Origin: a virus
Taxonomy: Duplodnaviria > Caudoviricetes
DNA length: 25,940 bases
IMG/VR virus record: IMGVR_UViG_3300036876_000121
Location: 1 to 25,940 of that record
Direction: 5' to 3' (one strand)
Shown here: one piece after another, positions 7,475-16,724 of the stretch
Position numbering within the stretch: the stretch's first letter is position 1
How the letters are laid out: the number at the start of each line of letters is the position of its first letter
Made by a program: the position numbers and the translations under genes
The notes under the pieces: model-generated
The model's input: the letters and a program-made list of their open reading frames with translations, nothing else
Database searches by the model: none
Told to the model about the DNA's origin: nothing

Positions 7475-10006
7475 ATGACTGGTTTTCATCAAGTTACAAT
7501 TGGCGGTTATCCAGGAGGCGGTCTTACACAGGATAAAAAGCCTGCGCTTCTAGCCAATGAGGCTTTCTCTAATCTTGAAAACGCCTATATCTTCCGTGAT
7601 CGGACAAAGAAAAGAGATGGCGAAGTCCCCATGGGGCGCTTGTCTAGAATTTTTTCATCTATTTCAATTGGAGACAGTTCAGCTTCTCCTTGGACTTTCA
7701 ATCTTTATACCGCTCTGTCCATAACTCCTGAAGCTAACGCAGAGATTGCTCCAGGAAGCGTTACTATCACGATTGCGACTCTTGCCACTCCTTTCATTGA
7801 TCAAGGCAATGGAACGCTTACAAATGCGACTGCTGACAATTCAGGCATTATTAACTACATGACTGGTTCCGTGACTTTGACCACGACGGTAGGTGCTGGA
7901 CATGCGACCACAGTATCTCTGACTTATTACCCGGCTTTACCTGTCATGGGAATCTTGAAGAGGGATGTCGCAACTTTTGGTATTGATGCTACCGTTTTTT
8001 TCGATACTAAATATGCCTATCAATATATCAACGGGTTTCAAGAATTAGCTCCTGGCACTACATGGACTGGAACAAACACTGACTTCTTCTGGGCGGCAAA
8101 TTATCAAGGGGCTACTCCCGATTTAAGGTACTTTTTCGTCACGAATAATAATATTGATATACCTGCTACTTCTTACGATCCAATAAGATTTTACAATAAT
8201 ACCGCTTGGACAGATTTACAACCCCTTCTCACTGCAAGCATTACCCTATGGCAAGCTCTTATTATAATCCCATATTATGGGCGCCTCTTGGCTCTAAATA
8301 CTTGGGAAGGAGCAACAACTTCGACTTACACAGGCGCAACTAACTTCTTCGCTCGATGCCGCTTTAGTCAAATAGGAGATCCTACCGATCAAACGAATGG
8401 ATGGAGATCTGATATTTTCGGTCGCGGAGGATTCATCGATGCTCCTACAAATGAGGCGATAGTAAGCGCAGCTTTCTTTAGAAATACTTTAATCGTCTTC
8501 TTTGAATATTCTACATGGCAACTTAGATATATCGGCGAATATGGACTCCCTTTCATCTGGGAGCGTATTTCTTCTGATTTTGGAGCCGTAAGTCCTTATA
8601 GTCCTATTGTCTTTGATCAAGGCGTCATGGTCATTAGTGATAGAGGAGTAATTCAAGCAGCAGCCAATGGAGTTAGTAGATTAGATGAACAAATTCCCGA
8701 ACAAGTCTTTAGCTTTGAGATTCAAAATAGCGCTCCTAATTTTGTTCATGGTGTCAGAGATTTTGAGAAAGAACTTGTCTATTGGAATTATTTAGATACT
8801 TCTAATGCCTCAACAACTCAGACATATCCCAATACAGTTCTCCTATTCAACTATCGAAACAATACGTGGGCAAAATTCCGCGATACCATCACTTGCTTTG
8901 GAACCTCACAATTCCAATTCGGAATTACTTGGGACAGTTTCACAACTCTCTGGGAAAGCAACGTCACTTGGGATAATGTAGATGATCAGCAATATGTCGA
9001 CTATGTGACTGCCGGAACTCAGCAAGGCTTCATCAACATCTATCAGAACCCAGATGCTGAAACCCCCTTTGGATCTCCAACGCTATATGCCAATACCATG
9101 GCGATTACTGCTGTTAACTTTTCTACAGAGCCTACGCAAATCACCATCCCAAATCATAATTTAGCAAATAGTGAAATTATTTATATCGAAGGGGCAATCT
9201 GGCTTGGCACTGATCCCGGTTTAAATAATATGATTTTCAATGTCACTATTAGCGATAACGATCCGAATATTATCACTTTATCAACCTGGGACTTTCTATC
9301 TCAAAACTACGATGCTGTTGATATCAATTCTACGGCGGTTTATTTGGGCGGTGGACGTATAACCCTCCTTCCGAAGATGAACATACAGGGTAAGGACTTT
9401 AATCCTTTCCAGGGGCAAGGAAAACAATTTAAGCTTTCTTTCATAGATTTCCAATTAGATTCAAATTTATTCTCTCCTGCCATTACCGCTACTACTGTAC
9501 AGTTATTTGTAAACTCTTATTTAGGAGAGCAAGCAAACCTAATCAACACAAATCAAGAGCTTATCAATTCATCCCAAGCCTGTGGTTTTATCACAAACGC
9601 AACTCAATCTAATCCTTGTAAAATCACAAGTCCTAATCATAGCCTTACCTCTGGAACTCAGATTTACATTGCTAATGTTCAAGGAATGATTCAATTAAAT
9701 GCGGTCATTTACCCAATAACCGTGATAGATGCAAATAATTTTACTTTGAACGGCTTGGATTCAACCGGCTTTACAGCCTATACCAAGGGGGGAATATGGA
9801 ATACCTCTTCGGTCGATGGTCAAGTTTATATCCCTGGCTCGGAATATGCATGGTATCGCTTCTATAGTACTCAATTCGGTCAATATCTACGCATTGGCTT
9901 GACTTATGATGATAATCTAATGAATCAATTAGCCACGCATCAAACTCCTTTTGAGCTTAATGCTATGAACATTTGGTTCCGCGAAGGTGGCCGTTTAATC
10001 AATTAA
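7475..10006 (+). CDS. Probable tail nozzle/stabilisation protein (P22 gp10/T7 gp12-like) with inserted FCCH-like domains
   Basis: 843 aa, beta-rich. 'AFSNLENAYIFRDRTKKRDG' N-terminus and 'RCRFSQIGDP...W' propeller-type motif. Position after the adaptor. Confidence 0.7.
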   Translation: MTGFHQVTIGGYPGGGLTQDKKPALLANEAFSNLENAYIFRDRTKKRDGEVPMGRLSRIFSSISIGDSSASPWTFNLYTALSITPEANAEIAPGSVTITIATLATPFIDQGNGTLTNATADNSGIINYMTGSVTLTTTVGAGHATTVSLTYYPALPVMGILKRDVATFGIDATVFFDTKYAYQYINGFQELAPGTTWTGTNTDFFWAANYQGATPDLRYFFVTNNNIDIPATSYDPIRFYNNTAWTDLQPLLTASITLWQALIIIPYYGRLLALNTWEGATTSTYTGATNFFARCRFSQIGDPTDQTNGWRSDIFGRGGFIDAPTNEAIVSAAFFRNTLIVFFEYSTWQLRYIGEYGLPFIWERISSDFGAVSPYSPIVFDQGVMVISDRGVIQAAANGVSRLDEQIPEQVFSFEIQNSAPNFVHGVRDFEKELVYWNYLDTSNASTTQTYPNTVLLFNYRNNTWAKFRDTITCFGTSQFQFGITWDSFTTLWESNVTWDNVDDQQYVDYVTAGTQQGFINIYQNPDAETPFGSPTLYANTMAITAVNFSTEPTQITIPNHNLANSEIIYIEGAIWLGTDPGLNNMIFNVTISDNDPNIITLSTWDFLSQNYDAVDINSTAVYLGGGRITLLPKMNIQGKDFNPFQGQGKQFKLSFIDFQLDSNLFSPAITATTVQLFVNSYLGEQANLINTNQELINSSQACGFITNATQSNPCKITSPNHSLTSGTQIYIANVQGMIQLNAVIYPITVIDANNFTLNGLDSTGFTAYTKGGIWNTSSVDGQVYIPGSEYAWYRFYSTQFGQYLRIGLTYDDNLMNQLATHQTPFELNAMNIWFREGGRLIN

Positions 10007-10152
10007 TGCACATATATAAACATATTTGAACACTATTATAAACATATGAGAAACAGAGATAAAACCATGACTTATGAACAAATCCACAGTGTCTTAAGAA
10101 GAAGAGAAAGTATATATATGTATTATCTTATTAGAAGGCTGTGGAAAACATC

Positions 10153-10656
10153 ATGACTTCCTCAAGCAATAATCCTCTAAATACAAATCAACTCCCTGTA
10201 TCGCTAGATGTAAATCCTGAAGATGAAGGCTTTGAAAATATTTTATTGCTCTATCTTCGTAGAGTAGCTAATGCCGTAAATACTAAAGAAAGTGGTCTTT
10301 TCCTTTTGCAGGAGAATGCCAATTTCGAGCAATGGTTTCAAAATGGAAACCCTCAACAGAATAGAAATGCCTATAGAATCACTGCTGATTTGGTCATGCT
10401 AAATGGCGGAAACATCCCTACTGGAGCGACGAGCATAGTTCTTTCGGCAACAACTCAGCCAATGAACATCATGGGGTATCTATATCCTGTTCAAGGCTTT
10501 GGAGGAGCAAAAGATACTAATGGCCTTTCTTATTTCTTAAACGATCCAGACCTTTATGTGAGATATAATAACTCGACAAATACAATTATTATTCAAAACA
10601 ATTCAGGTAATGCCCTGACATGGTGTGTATGGGTCATGGAATATTTGAAAAACTGA
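10153..10656 (+). CDS. Hypothetical tail-associated structural protein
   Basis: ORF 10141..10656 (ATG 10153). N-terminal helix 'RRVANAVNTKE' then a beta-rich domain ending 'VMEYLKN'. Lies between the nozzle and the ejection-type genes. Confidence 0.65.
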   Translation: MTSSSNNPLNTNQLPVSLDVNPEDEGFENILLLYLRRVANAVNTKESGLFLLQENANFEQWFQNGNPQQNRNAYRITADLVMLNGGNIPTGATSIVLSATTQPMNIMGYLYPVQGFGGAKDTNGLSYFLNDPDLYVRYNNSTNTIIIQNNSGNALTWCVWVMEYLKN

Positions 10657-10668
10657 GGTAAAAAGAAC

Positions 10669-11337
10669 ATGCCGAGTTTTAACGATTGGATCTTCGGAAG
10701 CGAAGATAAATTTACTAAACTTCCAAATGGCAACAAACAGCAACAGGGCTTGCATAATGATGTCATTCAAAAAGCTATGCAATCGGGAGCCGGAGGTGGT
10801 GGTTATGATCTTGCAAATCAATATTACAATAACCTACTCGGCCCAAATCAGGGACAAGCTTTCAATCAATTCTCACAGCCTTATATGCAGCAGTTCAATG
10901 AGCAAACTCTGCCGCAGATAGCTGAAAGGTTTGCTGGTGGTGGCGCTTTATCATCTAGCGGCTTCGGGCAAGCTTTAGGAGGTGCAGCATCCGGTTTACA
11001 AGCTCAGTTAGCTCAATTATTCTCTCAGCTGCAAGGAAACGCTGCACAGCAGCAATATGGTCAATATAATCAAAACGCCCAGACAGGATTAAATTATCAG
11101 CCTTTTTCATATCAACAACAGCAAGGGTCGGGAGGACTTTTAAACCCTCTTTTAACTGCTATAGGAACATATGCCGGTGGGCCAATTGGTGCTGGCATAG
11201 GTAATCTAGTTAGCAGTGGAATCAGTAGTTTATTCAAAAGTGGTGGGGGCGGCGGCGGTGGATCATCCGGAACTGGAGGAATAAGTGCAGGAAGCGGTAC
11301 GGGCAAATATGGTTTACCAAACTTTTTAGGTATGTAA
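10669..11337 (+). CDS. Probable DNA ejection/pilot protein (Gly/Gln-rich)
   Basis: SD GAGG. G/Q-rich, with a hydrophobic Gly-rich C-terminal segment (LLTAIGTYAGGPIGAGIG). First of three ejection-position genes. Confidence 0.6.
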   Translation: MPSFNDWIFGSEDKFTKLPNGNKQQQGLHNDVIQKAMQSGAGGGGYDLANQYYNNLLGPNQGQAFNQFSQPYMQQFNEQTLPQIAERFAGGGALSSSGFGQALGGAASGLQAQLAQLFSQLQGNAAQQQYGQYNQNAQTGLNYQPFSYQQQQGSGGLLNPLLTAIGTYAGGPIGAGIGNLVSSGISSLFKSGGGGGGGSSGTGGISAGSGTGKYGLPNFLGM

Positions 11338-11341
11338 TATT

Positions 11342-12559
11342 ATGGTTCAAGTTTTTCAAACAAGTAATCCCCATGGCAAATTATCCGAAGCTCTCGGTAT
11401 GAGTCTAGGTCAAGGCATTGGAAACGGTTTAAATACCTTCTTTGCTAATAGAAGCCTTGATAGCGTCATGCAGGATAAAGCCCTTGAAGGCGCTCCGCAA
11501 TCCAAGAAATTAGAAGCAATACGCTCTGCTCTTAGTCCCTATGGTGAGAAAGGTCAAGAAATCTTTCAACAGCGGATGCAGATTGAACAATTAGAAGCGC
11601 AAGAGAAAGAGAAAAAAAAACAAGAGGGTATTCAAAAACAAAAAGGGAAAGCTGTTGGCAAATATCTTAAAGGTGGACAGTTAAGTGAAGATGAAGAAAG
11701 CCTTTTTACTCCCCAGGAATTTGCTGCACTGCATAAAGCTAAGAATCCTAAACCTCAAGGTGGCCTAACAGGTCAGGCAATTCCCCCTGAAGTTAACCAA
11801 GTCATGAGTCAGATTTTGAATAATTCCAGAGATTTGTCAGCTGATGAATTAAAAAGCGCCTTTGATCAAGCGCAAGTTCCTCCTATCTATAGCAATCCTT
11901 ATGTTGAAAATCGTCGTAGAACACAAGAAACAGGCTCAGAGCATGATATTAAATTCCATCAGGAATCAGCAGATTTTGATAAATCAGTAAAGACACATGC
12001 AGATACAGCTCGAAGACAAATACCTCTTATAGAAAGTGGTATAAAGTCGGTTTCTGAAGGTAAAATTAAACCTACTAGTCTAGCTAATGTTTTCAATTTA
12101 TTTGGCGATACTGGAAAGAAAATAGCTAATGCATTGCTTTCTAAAGATGAATCAGCTCTTTTAGGATCTATTCCTGAGTTTTTAGAAGGAAGAAAGGAGC
12201 TTTTCGGTGTAAGATTATCTGATGCTGACTTAAAAATATTGCAGGATAAATTGCCCGACATTGGAAAAAGTAAAGAAGCAAATCTAGCTATTCTTAATTT
12301 AATGAAAAAAGCGGCAGAGAGATCTTTACAATTAGAGCAAATTGCTAACGAAGTCTTAGAGAAAAATGGCCTTCCCTATAGAAGTGGTAAGCTTAGACCT
12401 TTAGGTTATGAAAGACAAGTAGCTAATGCTTTTGAAGAGTTCCAAAATGAAGAAGAAAATGGCGTTTTAATGAGACTTCCTGATGGACGTCAAGTTCCAA
12501 TTGAACGCAATAAAGTCAAAGAAGCTGAATCTTTAGGCGCAGTAAGGATAAAAAAATAG
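11342..12559 (+). CDS. Probable DNA transfer/ejection protein
   Basis: 405 aa, helical. N-terminal 'ALGMSLGQGIG', internal 'FGVRLSDADL' and C-terminal 'PDGRQVPI...AESLGA' are typical of podovirus internal virion proteins. Synteny. Confidence 0.6.
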   Translation: MVQVFQTSNPHGKLSEALGMSLGQGIGNGLNTFFANRSLDSVMQDKALEGAPQSKKLEAIRSALSPYGEKGQEIFQQRMQIEQLEAQEKEKKKQEGIQKQKGKAVGKYLKGGQLSEDEESLFTPQEFAALHKAKNPKPQGGLTGQAIPPEVNQVMSQILNNSRDLSADELKSAFDQAQVPPIYSNPYVENRRRTQETGSEHDIKFHQESADFDKSVKTHADTARRQIPLIESGIKSVSEGKIKPTSLANVFNLFGDTGKKIANALLSKDESALLGSIPEFLEGRKELFGVRLSDADLKILQDKLPDIGKSKEANLAILNLMKKAAERSLQLEQIANEVLEKNGLPYRSGKLRPLGYERQVANAFEEFQNEEENGVLMRLPDGRQVPIERNKVKEAESLGAVRIKK

Positions 12560-15081
12560 TGGATGATGATCCTTTTCAAAGTTTGATTAAAACCTCTCAA
12601 AGAGGAAGCCCAAGGGTTCAAACAATAGATAGTCAATCAAATCAAAATCTACCTCAATCGTCTCAAACATCTCAAACAAATAATGATCCTTTTCAATCAT
12701 TAATTAAACCTACTACTCCTGAAGAGAAGCCCAGAGAAAGAAAATTGGAAGATTTAAATTGGGTAGAAAAAAACTTTACACTCGAAGGAAGCCGGCTTCA
12801 AGGAGAAAGAAATAGAAATACTCTTAAGGCAGGTCTATCAGGTGCTACAGCTGGCTTTTCTGAATATTTCGATTTATTAAAAGTAGATTATGAAGAAGAA
12901 GGCAGTGGAATTGGTTATTTCGCAGGAGCTTTGTTGCCCATTAGTTTGACATATAAGGGTATAGGACTTGGATTTAACGTATTAAAAAATCTTTATAATT
13001 TTGGGCCAAAGGCTCTTACTGGTTTAGAGATTTTGCATCAGGGATTAACAGGGGCAACATATGGAGCAACCAAGCAAGCCGCAAACGTCACTCAGGGAAA
13101 AGAATTTGATCCATATGCTCCAGTAGAAGAAGGTCTTGAATTTGCCGCCTTTGGCGCTTTGCTTCATGGCTTAGTGAAATATGCTCCCAAAGCAAAAGAT
13201 TGGCTGAGTTCTTTAAAACCAGGCCAAACAGAAGAATTCCTTCAAGGAGTACTTCCTTCCGATCTAACTCCCAATCAATATAAATTCTGGCAAAATGAAG
13301 TTGCTCCTGAATGGTTGGAAAGTTCACAAAAAAAATATCAAGATTCTGTAGTCAACGCTAATAAAGCAGCTGATGCTAAATATCAACAAGACCTATCAAT
13401 AGCTAAAGCTAATCATGAAAGTGACTTATATAAAGCTAGACAAGAGAACAACCTTAACCAGGAAAAGTATGAACGATCTGTTAGGGAATATGAAAAAAAT
13501 CTTGAAAAAGCCATGAATGAACATGAGGCAAAGGCTTCTGAAATTAAAGCTGAAAATGAGCAAATGACTAAAGAGTTCGAGGAAGCTGAAACATCTTTTC
13601 AGCAATTAAAAACAAGGGAAGCGGCCGTTGAAAACGCTACGATTCTCCGTCCCGGCGAAGAAAACCTTCCATATCGTCCTGCATCAAATAATATCGAGAA
13701 TCCTTCTACATCAAATGAAGTCGGAAATATCATAAGCAAAAATGAGATGGTTAATAGTGAGAATATGGGAAGATCCCAAATTGAAGCTATCCGTGCTAAT
13801 GATGCTTGTGATTACAGAGTTATAAATGAAGCATATGCATTATCTGATGAGTTGAGTAGAGATGTATCCGCTTTTCATACTGATTTAATAAATCAACTAC
13901 AAACATCTGCTCGCGAACTTCAGGAAATTGCCCACCTATCTGCTCCTCAGACACAACATTTACGTGCAATTGAAGATATTTTACAAAGACTTGGAACTTA
14001 TGGAGAAAATGGACAAATTACAGGACTTTTAGAAGTAAATAATCATTTTTTGCATGAACAGGCAAAATCTTTACGCTATGTCATGGATTTCACTTTTGAG
14101 CATGGTAATACTAGAGGCATCTTTGGTAGAACTGTCGGACAACTTGAAGAAGCCGCTGAAATTGCCGCTAGATCTCAAGGAAATGATGCTGCTGCTGATG
14201 CTAACATCAATGCGAGAGGGTTATATCGCCAATGGGCTAATGAATATGATAATAATTATATTCGCCCTTTTAGAGATACGAAAAATCAAGATTTTAGCGG
14301 TGTAACAAAAAGACTAATTAATGATACCGACGAGTTTAATGCCGTAAATAGAATTCTCTCTAAATCAAATGCCGGTCAGCAATTATCATCAGCGACAAGA
14401 AGAGGCTTAGTAGAAAATAAACTACATAAATTCCTCGAAAATCCCCATGCAGCAAATGGAAGAGAATTTGAGTTAGCGATTAGAGAACTTGGATCAGCTA
14501 TTACACCTCAAGAAGCTGGGCAAATAAGAGAGGTTTTTCGTAATGCAAGAAATGCTCCGCAGTTAGTTAATAAGCCTCCAAAACAACCTTTCTTGAAACA
14601 AATTGGAGAAGCTAAACTACCAGAATTTAGAGGTGAAACTCCGAGAGCGAAAGAAGTCACTTCGGCTAAAATTCCTCATAGAGAATTCAAAGAAACTCCT
14701 GAAGTTAAAATTGCAGCGAAAGAGATGAATAAAACCCCTTCGGAAATTAGAAATTTAGCAGAAAATCCTGAAGGGATACAAAAATTGAAAGAAAATGTTT
14801 CTCCGGATGTATTTAAAAAAATTGGTCAACAGAGATTAAGAGAAATATTTTATAAAGGAGACGTGAATCCAAGAAAAGTCACGGGAAAACAAATAGCTCA
14901 GAGACTAAATGAAGGACATAATTATGAAATCATGTCCGAATTTTTAGGGGAAGCAGAAGCTAAGGAAACCTTAGAAGCAGCACAAGCCTTGCGTGATAGT
15001 CCCTTTACAAAAGAAAATCTCCTTAAGCTTGGAAAAAACATTTTAGCAATAAAGGCTTTAGTCACTTTAGGAATTCTCTAA
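12559..15081 (+). CDS. Large probable ejection (internal virion) protein
   Basis: 840 aa, GTG start overlapping the previous stop. Duplicated N-terminal DDPFQSLIK/NDPFQSLIK motif, hydrophobic Gly-rich segments and a long coiled coil. Confidence 0.6.
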   Translation: MDDDPFQSLIKTSQRGSPRVQTIDSQSNQNLPQSSQTSQTNNDPFQSLIKPTTPEEKPRERKLEDLNWVEKNFTLEGSRLQGERNRNTLKAGLSGATAGFSEYFDLLKVDYEEEGSGIGYFAGALLPISLTYKGIGLGFNVLKNLYNFGPKALTGLEILHQGLTGATYGATKQAANVTQGKEFDPYAPVEEGLEFAAFGALLHGLVKYAPKAKDWLSSLKPGQTEEFLQGVLPSDLTPNQYKFWQNEVAPEWLESSQKKYQDSVVNANKAADAKYQQDLSIAKANHESDLYKARQENNLNQEKYERSVREYEKNLEKAMNEHEAKASEIKAENEQMTKEFEEAETSFQQLKTREAAVENATILRPGEENLPYRPASNNIENPSTSNEVGNIISKNEMVNSENMGRSQIEAIRANDACDYRVINEAYALSDELSRDVSAFHTDLINQLQTSARELQEIAHLSAPQTQHLRAIEDILQRLGTYGENGQITGLLEVNNHFLHEQAKSLRYVMDFTFEHGNTRGIFGRTVGQLEEAAEIAARSQGNDAAADANINARGLYRQWANEYDNNYIRPFRDTKNQDFSGVTKRLINDTDEFNAVNRILSKSNAGQQLSSATRRGLVENKLHKFLENPHAANGREFELAIRELGSAITPQEAGQIREVFRNARNAPQLVNKPPKQPFLKQIGEAKLPEFRGETPRAKEVTSAKIPHREFKETPEVKIAAKEMNKTPSEIRNLAENPEGIQKLKENVSPDVFKKIGQQRLREIFYKGDVNPRKVTGKQIAQRLNEGHNYEIMSEFLGEAEAKETLEAAQALRDSPFTKENLLKLGKNILAIKALVTLGIL

Positions 15082-15161
15082 TCAGTTAAAATAGACCATG
15101 CTATTGCTAATCCTATAACTTTAAATCCAAATATACAACAAATACAAAATAAAATAATCAT
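15078..15161 (-). CDS. 27-aa hydrophobic peptide MIILFCICCIFGFKVIGLAIAWSILTD
   Basis: Translated by hand. ATG is 2 nt after the rtcB stop, SD AAGGA lies at 6-nt spacing inside the rtcB 3' end, and the stop overlaps the convergent gene's stop. Confidence 0.5.
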   Translation of the reverse strand: MIILFCICCIFGFKVIGLAIAWSILTD

Positions 15162-15163
15162 AA

Positions 15164-16342
15164 TTAATCCTTATACGGGTCTTTGCATCTATCATCAGCC
15201 ATACAAACTCCGATAGGCGTCAATTTATGCAATATCTTTATTGTTCCTTCATGCGCTTTGAGGACTTCTTCGATCCTTTTGTATGCGTATGGTGATTCGT
15301 CAAGATCTCCTCCGCGCACTTCGACACCAATTTTTTTAATCCAGATATCGTGTTCTTCACGTTTGACGAGACCTTGCGTGAGCTTCTTTCCCGTTTTTCT
15401 ACAGGTTTTTCCTTTGGCTTGAGTTCTTCCAAGTAGACGTCCTGCTCCGTGAATAGTCGAGCACAGAGAAGCTGCTGATTCAGGGGATTCAACTCCTTCG
15501 AGGATAACCGACATATCTCCCATAGATCCTCCAACAAAACCTTTTTGACCAGGAAAAGATGGTGTTGCGCCCTTTCTGACGACCCATAGATCTTTATCAA
15601 AATGTCGCTCTTTCCAGGCAAAGTTGTGATGGTTATGGATTTCTTCCAAAATTTGTCCTCGAAGAATTTGCGCCACTCGTGAACATACCCAATCTCTTCC
15701 AGCGTAAGCATAGCGACCAGCAAGTTCCATGCATTTGAGATATTGGGTTCCGAGGTCTGAATTCTCATCAAGAACGACCGGCTCTGCGTGGACGCCATCT
15801 TTTCCTCCTGCCTGTTTTATGAAATGTGTTGCAATACTATGTCCAAGTCCTCTACTTCCGAAATGAACTCCAATCCATATTCTGTTTGATTCATCTGTAA
15901 AGAGGTCAACATAATGGTTTCCTGATCCCACTGTACCGAGTTGAGTTCTAGCTTTGTCTTTAAGTCCTTGTAACACTTCAATTTCATTCCAGATTGGGTC
16001 ATCGAAAAGGCTATGCTCAACTTTTTCATCATTTTTTCTTCCTACTCCAAAGCTAATCTTGCTCTGAATTTCATTCATCGTCCTATAAATGTTATCTTTA
16101 AGCTGTTCAGCAGAACAATCCACCATAACAGCCTTATTACCGCAAGCAATATCAAATCCCACGCCGTTAACGCAAATCTTCCCTTGGTAAGCAATAACAC
16201 CTCCAACAGGAATAGAATACCCAATGTGATGGTCGGCCATGAGGGCACCGTAAATCGCACCATACTTCATAGCCTCCTTCATTTGTTCTACTGCTTCAGG
16301 TAGAGGATCCCCCCAAACCGGAATTCCATCAATTAGATTCAT
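15164..16342 (-). CDS. rtcB: RtcB-family RNA ligase (3'-phosphate or 2',3'-cyclic phosphate/5'-OH ligase)
   Basis: Full motif set: DHHIGYSIPVGGV, GVGFDIACG, LGTVGSGNHY, HFGSRGLG, HNHHN, RKGAT, GGSMG, HGAGR (guanylylated His), DESPYAYK. Probable start ATG 16342; the ORF track extends to 16354. Confidence 0.95.
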   Translation of the reverse strand: MNLIDGIPVWGDPLPEAVEQMKEAMKYGAIYGALMADHHIGYSIPVGGVIAYQGKICVNGVGFDIACGNKAVMVDCSAEQLKDNIYRTMNEIQSKISFGVGRKNDEKVEHSLFDDPIWNEIEVLQGLKDKARTQLGTVGSGNHYVDLFTDESNRIWIGVHFGSRGLGHSIATHFIKQAGGKDGVHAEPVVLDENSDLGTQYLKCMELAGRYAYAGRDWVCSRVAQILRGQILEEIHNHHNFAWKERHFDKDLWVVRKGATPSFPGQKGFVGGSMGDMSVILEGVESPESAASLCSTIHGAGRLLGRTQAKGKTCRKTGKKLTQGLVKREEHDIWIKKIGVEVRGGDLDESPYAYKRIEEVLKAHEGTIKILHKLTPIGVCMADDRCKDPYKD

Positions 16343-16370
16343 TTTCCCTCTCAATTTTCATCACACAAAT

Positions 16371-16562
16371 TCATTTTGTTTTGTTCTCACACATGCTTTG
16401 TAAATGCAATCTCTCTAATTCAGAATAAGCAATCCTATAGGGCGACTTTTTACCTAAACCGGGTCGACTGGCGTATATCTTTCCAGCCTTAATGGCTCTT
16501 CTGACGCTTCCTGGATGCATCTTCATGATCTCAGCAAATTCTTCAACAGTAAGATAATTCAT
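16371..16562 (-). CDS. Excisionase-family (HTH_17-like) DNA-binding protein
   Basis: 'YLTVEEFAEIMKMHPGSVRRAIKAGKIYA...YRI' is a classic excisionase-type HTH. SD GGAG before ATG 16562. Confidence 0.8.
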   Translation of the reverse strand: MNYLTVEEFAEIMKMHPGSVRRAIKAGKIYASRPGLGKKSPYRIAYSELERLHLQSMCENKTK

Positions 16563-16724
16563 GCTTTTTTTCTCCATAATTATTTGCATCACATAAGATC
16601 ATATTGTTTCATATTGAACATTATAAGTCAAACTTATATCGAACAATATAGATTAACATTGACGTCTGTGAAATTTATACAGCAAATATGAATTTTAAAA
16701 CACTAAATGGAGTTGTCTCTCATT

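Noticed and set aside
10046-10156. 36-aa ORF MRNRDKTMTYEQIHSV... overlapping the ATG at 10153
   Set aside because: The ATGA overlap is suggestive, but there is no SD or motif and the region is AT-rich. Too weak to list as a feature.
15238-15798. 186-aa alternative-frame ORF inside rtcB
   Set aside because: It is fully nested in a highly conserved gene, with no recognisable motif or SD. Most likely a shadow ORF.
15164-16342. RtcB as the enzyme that splices the capsid intron
   Set aside because: Group I introns ligate exons by transesterification using 3'-OH ends, which RtcB does not use. The intron's catalytic core looks intact.
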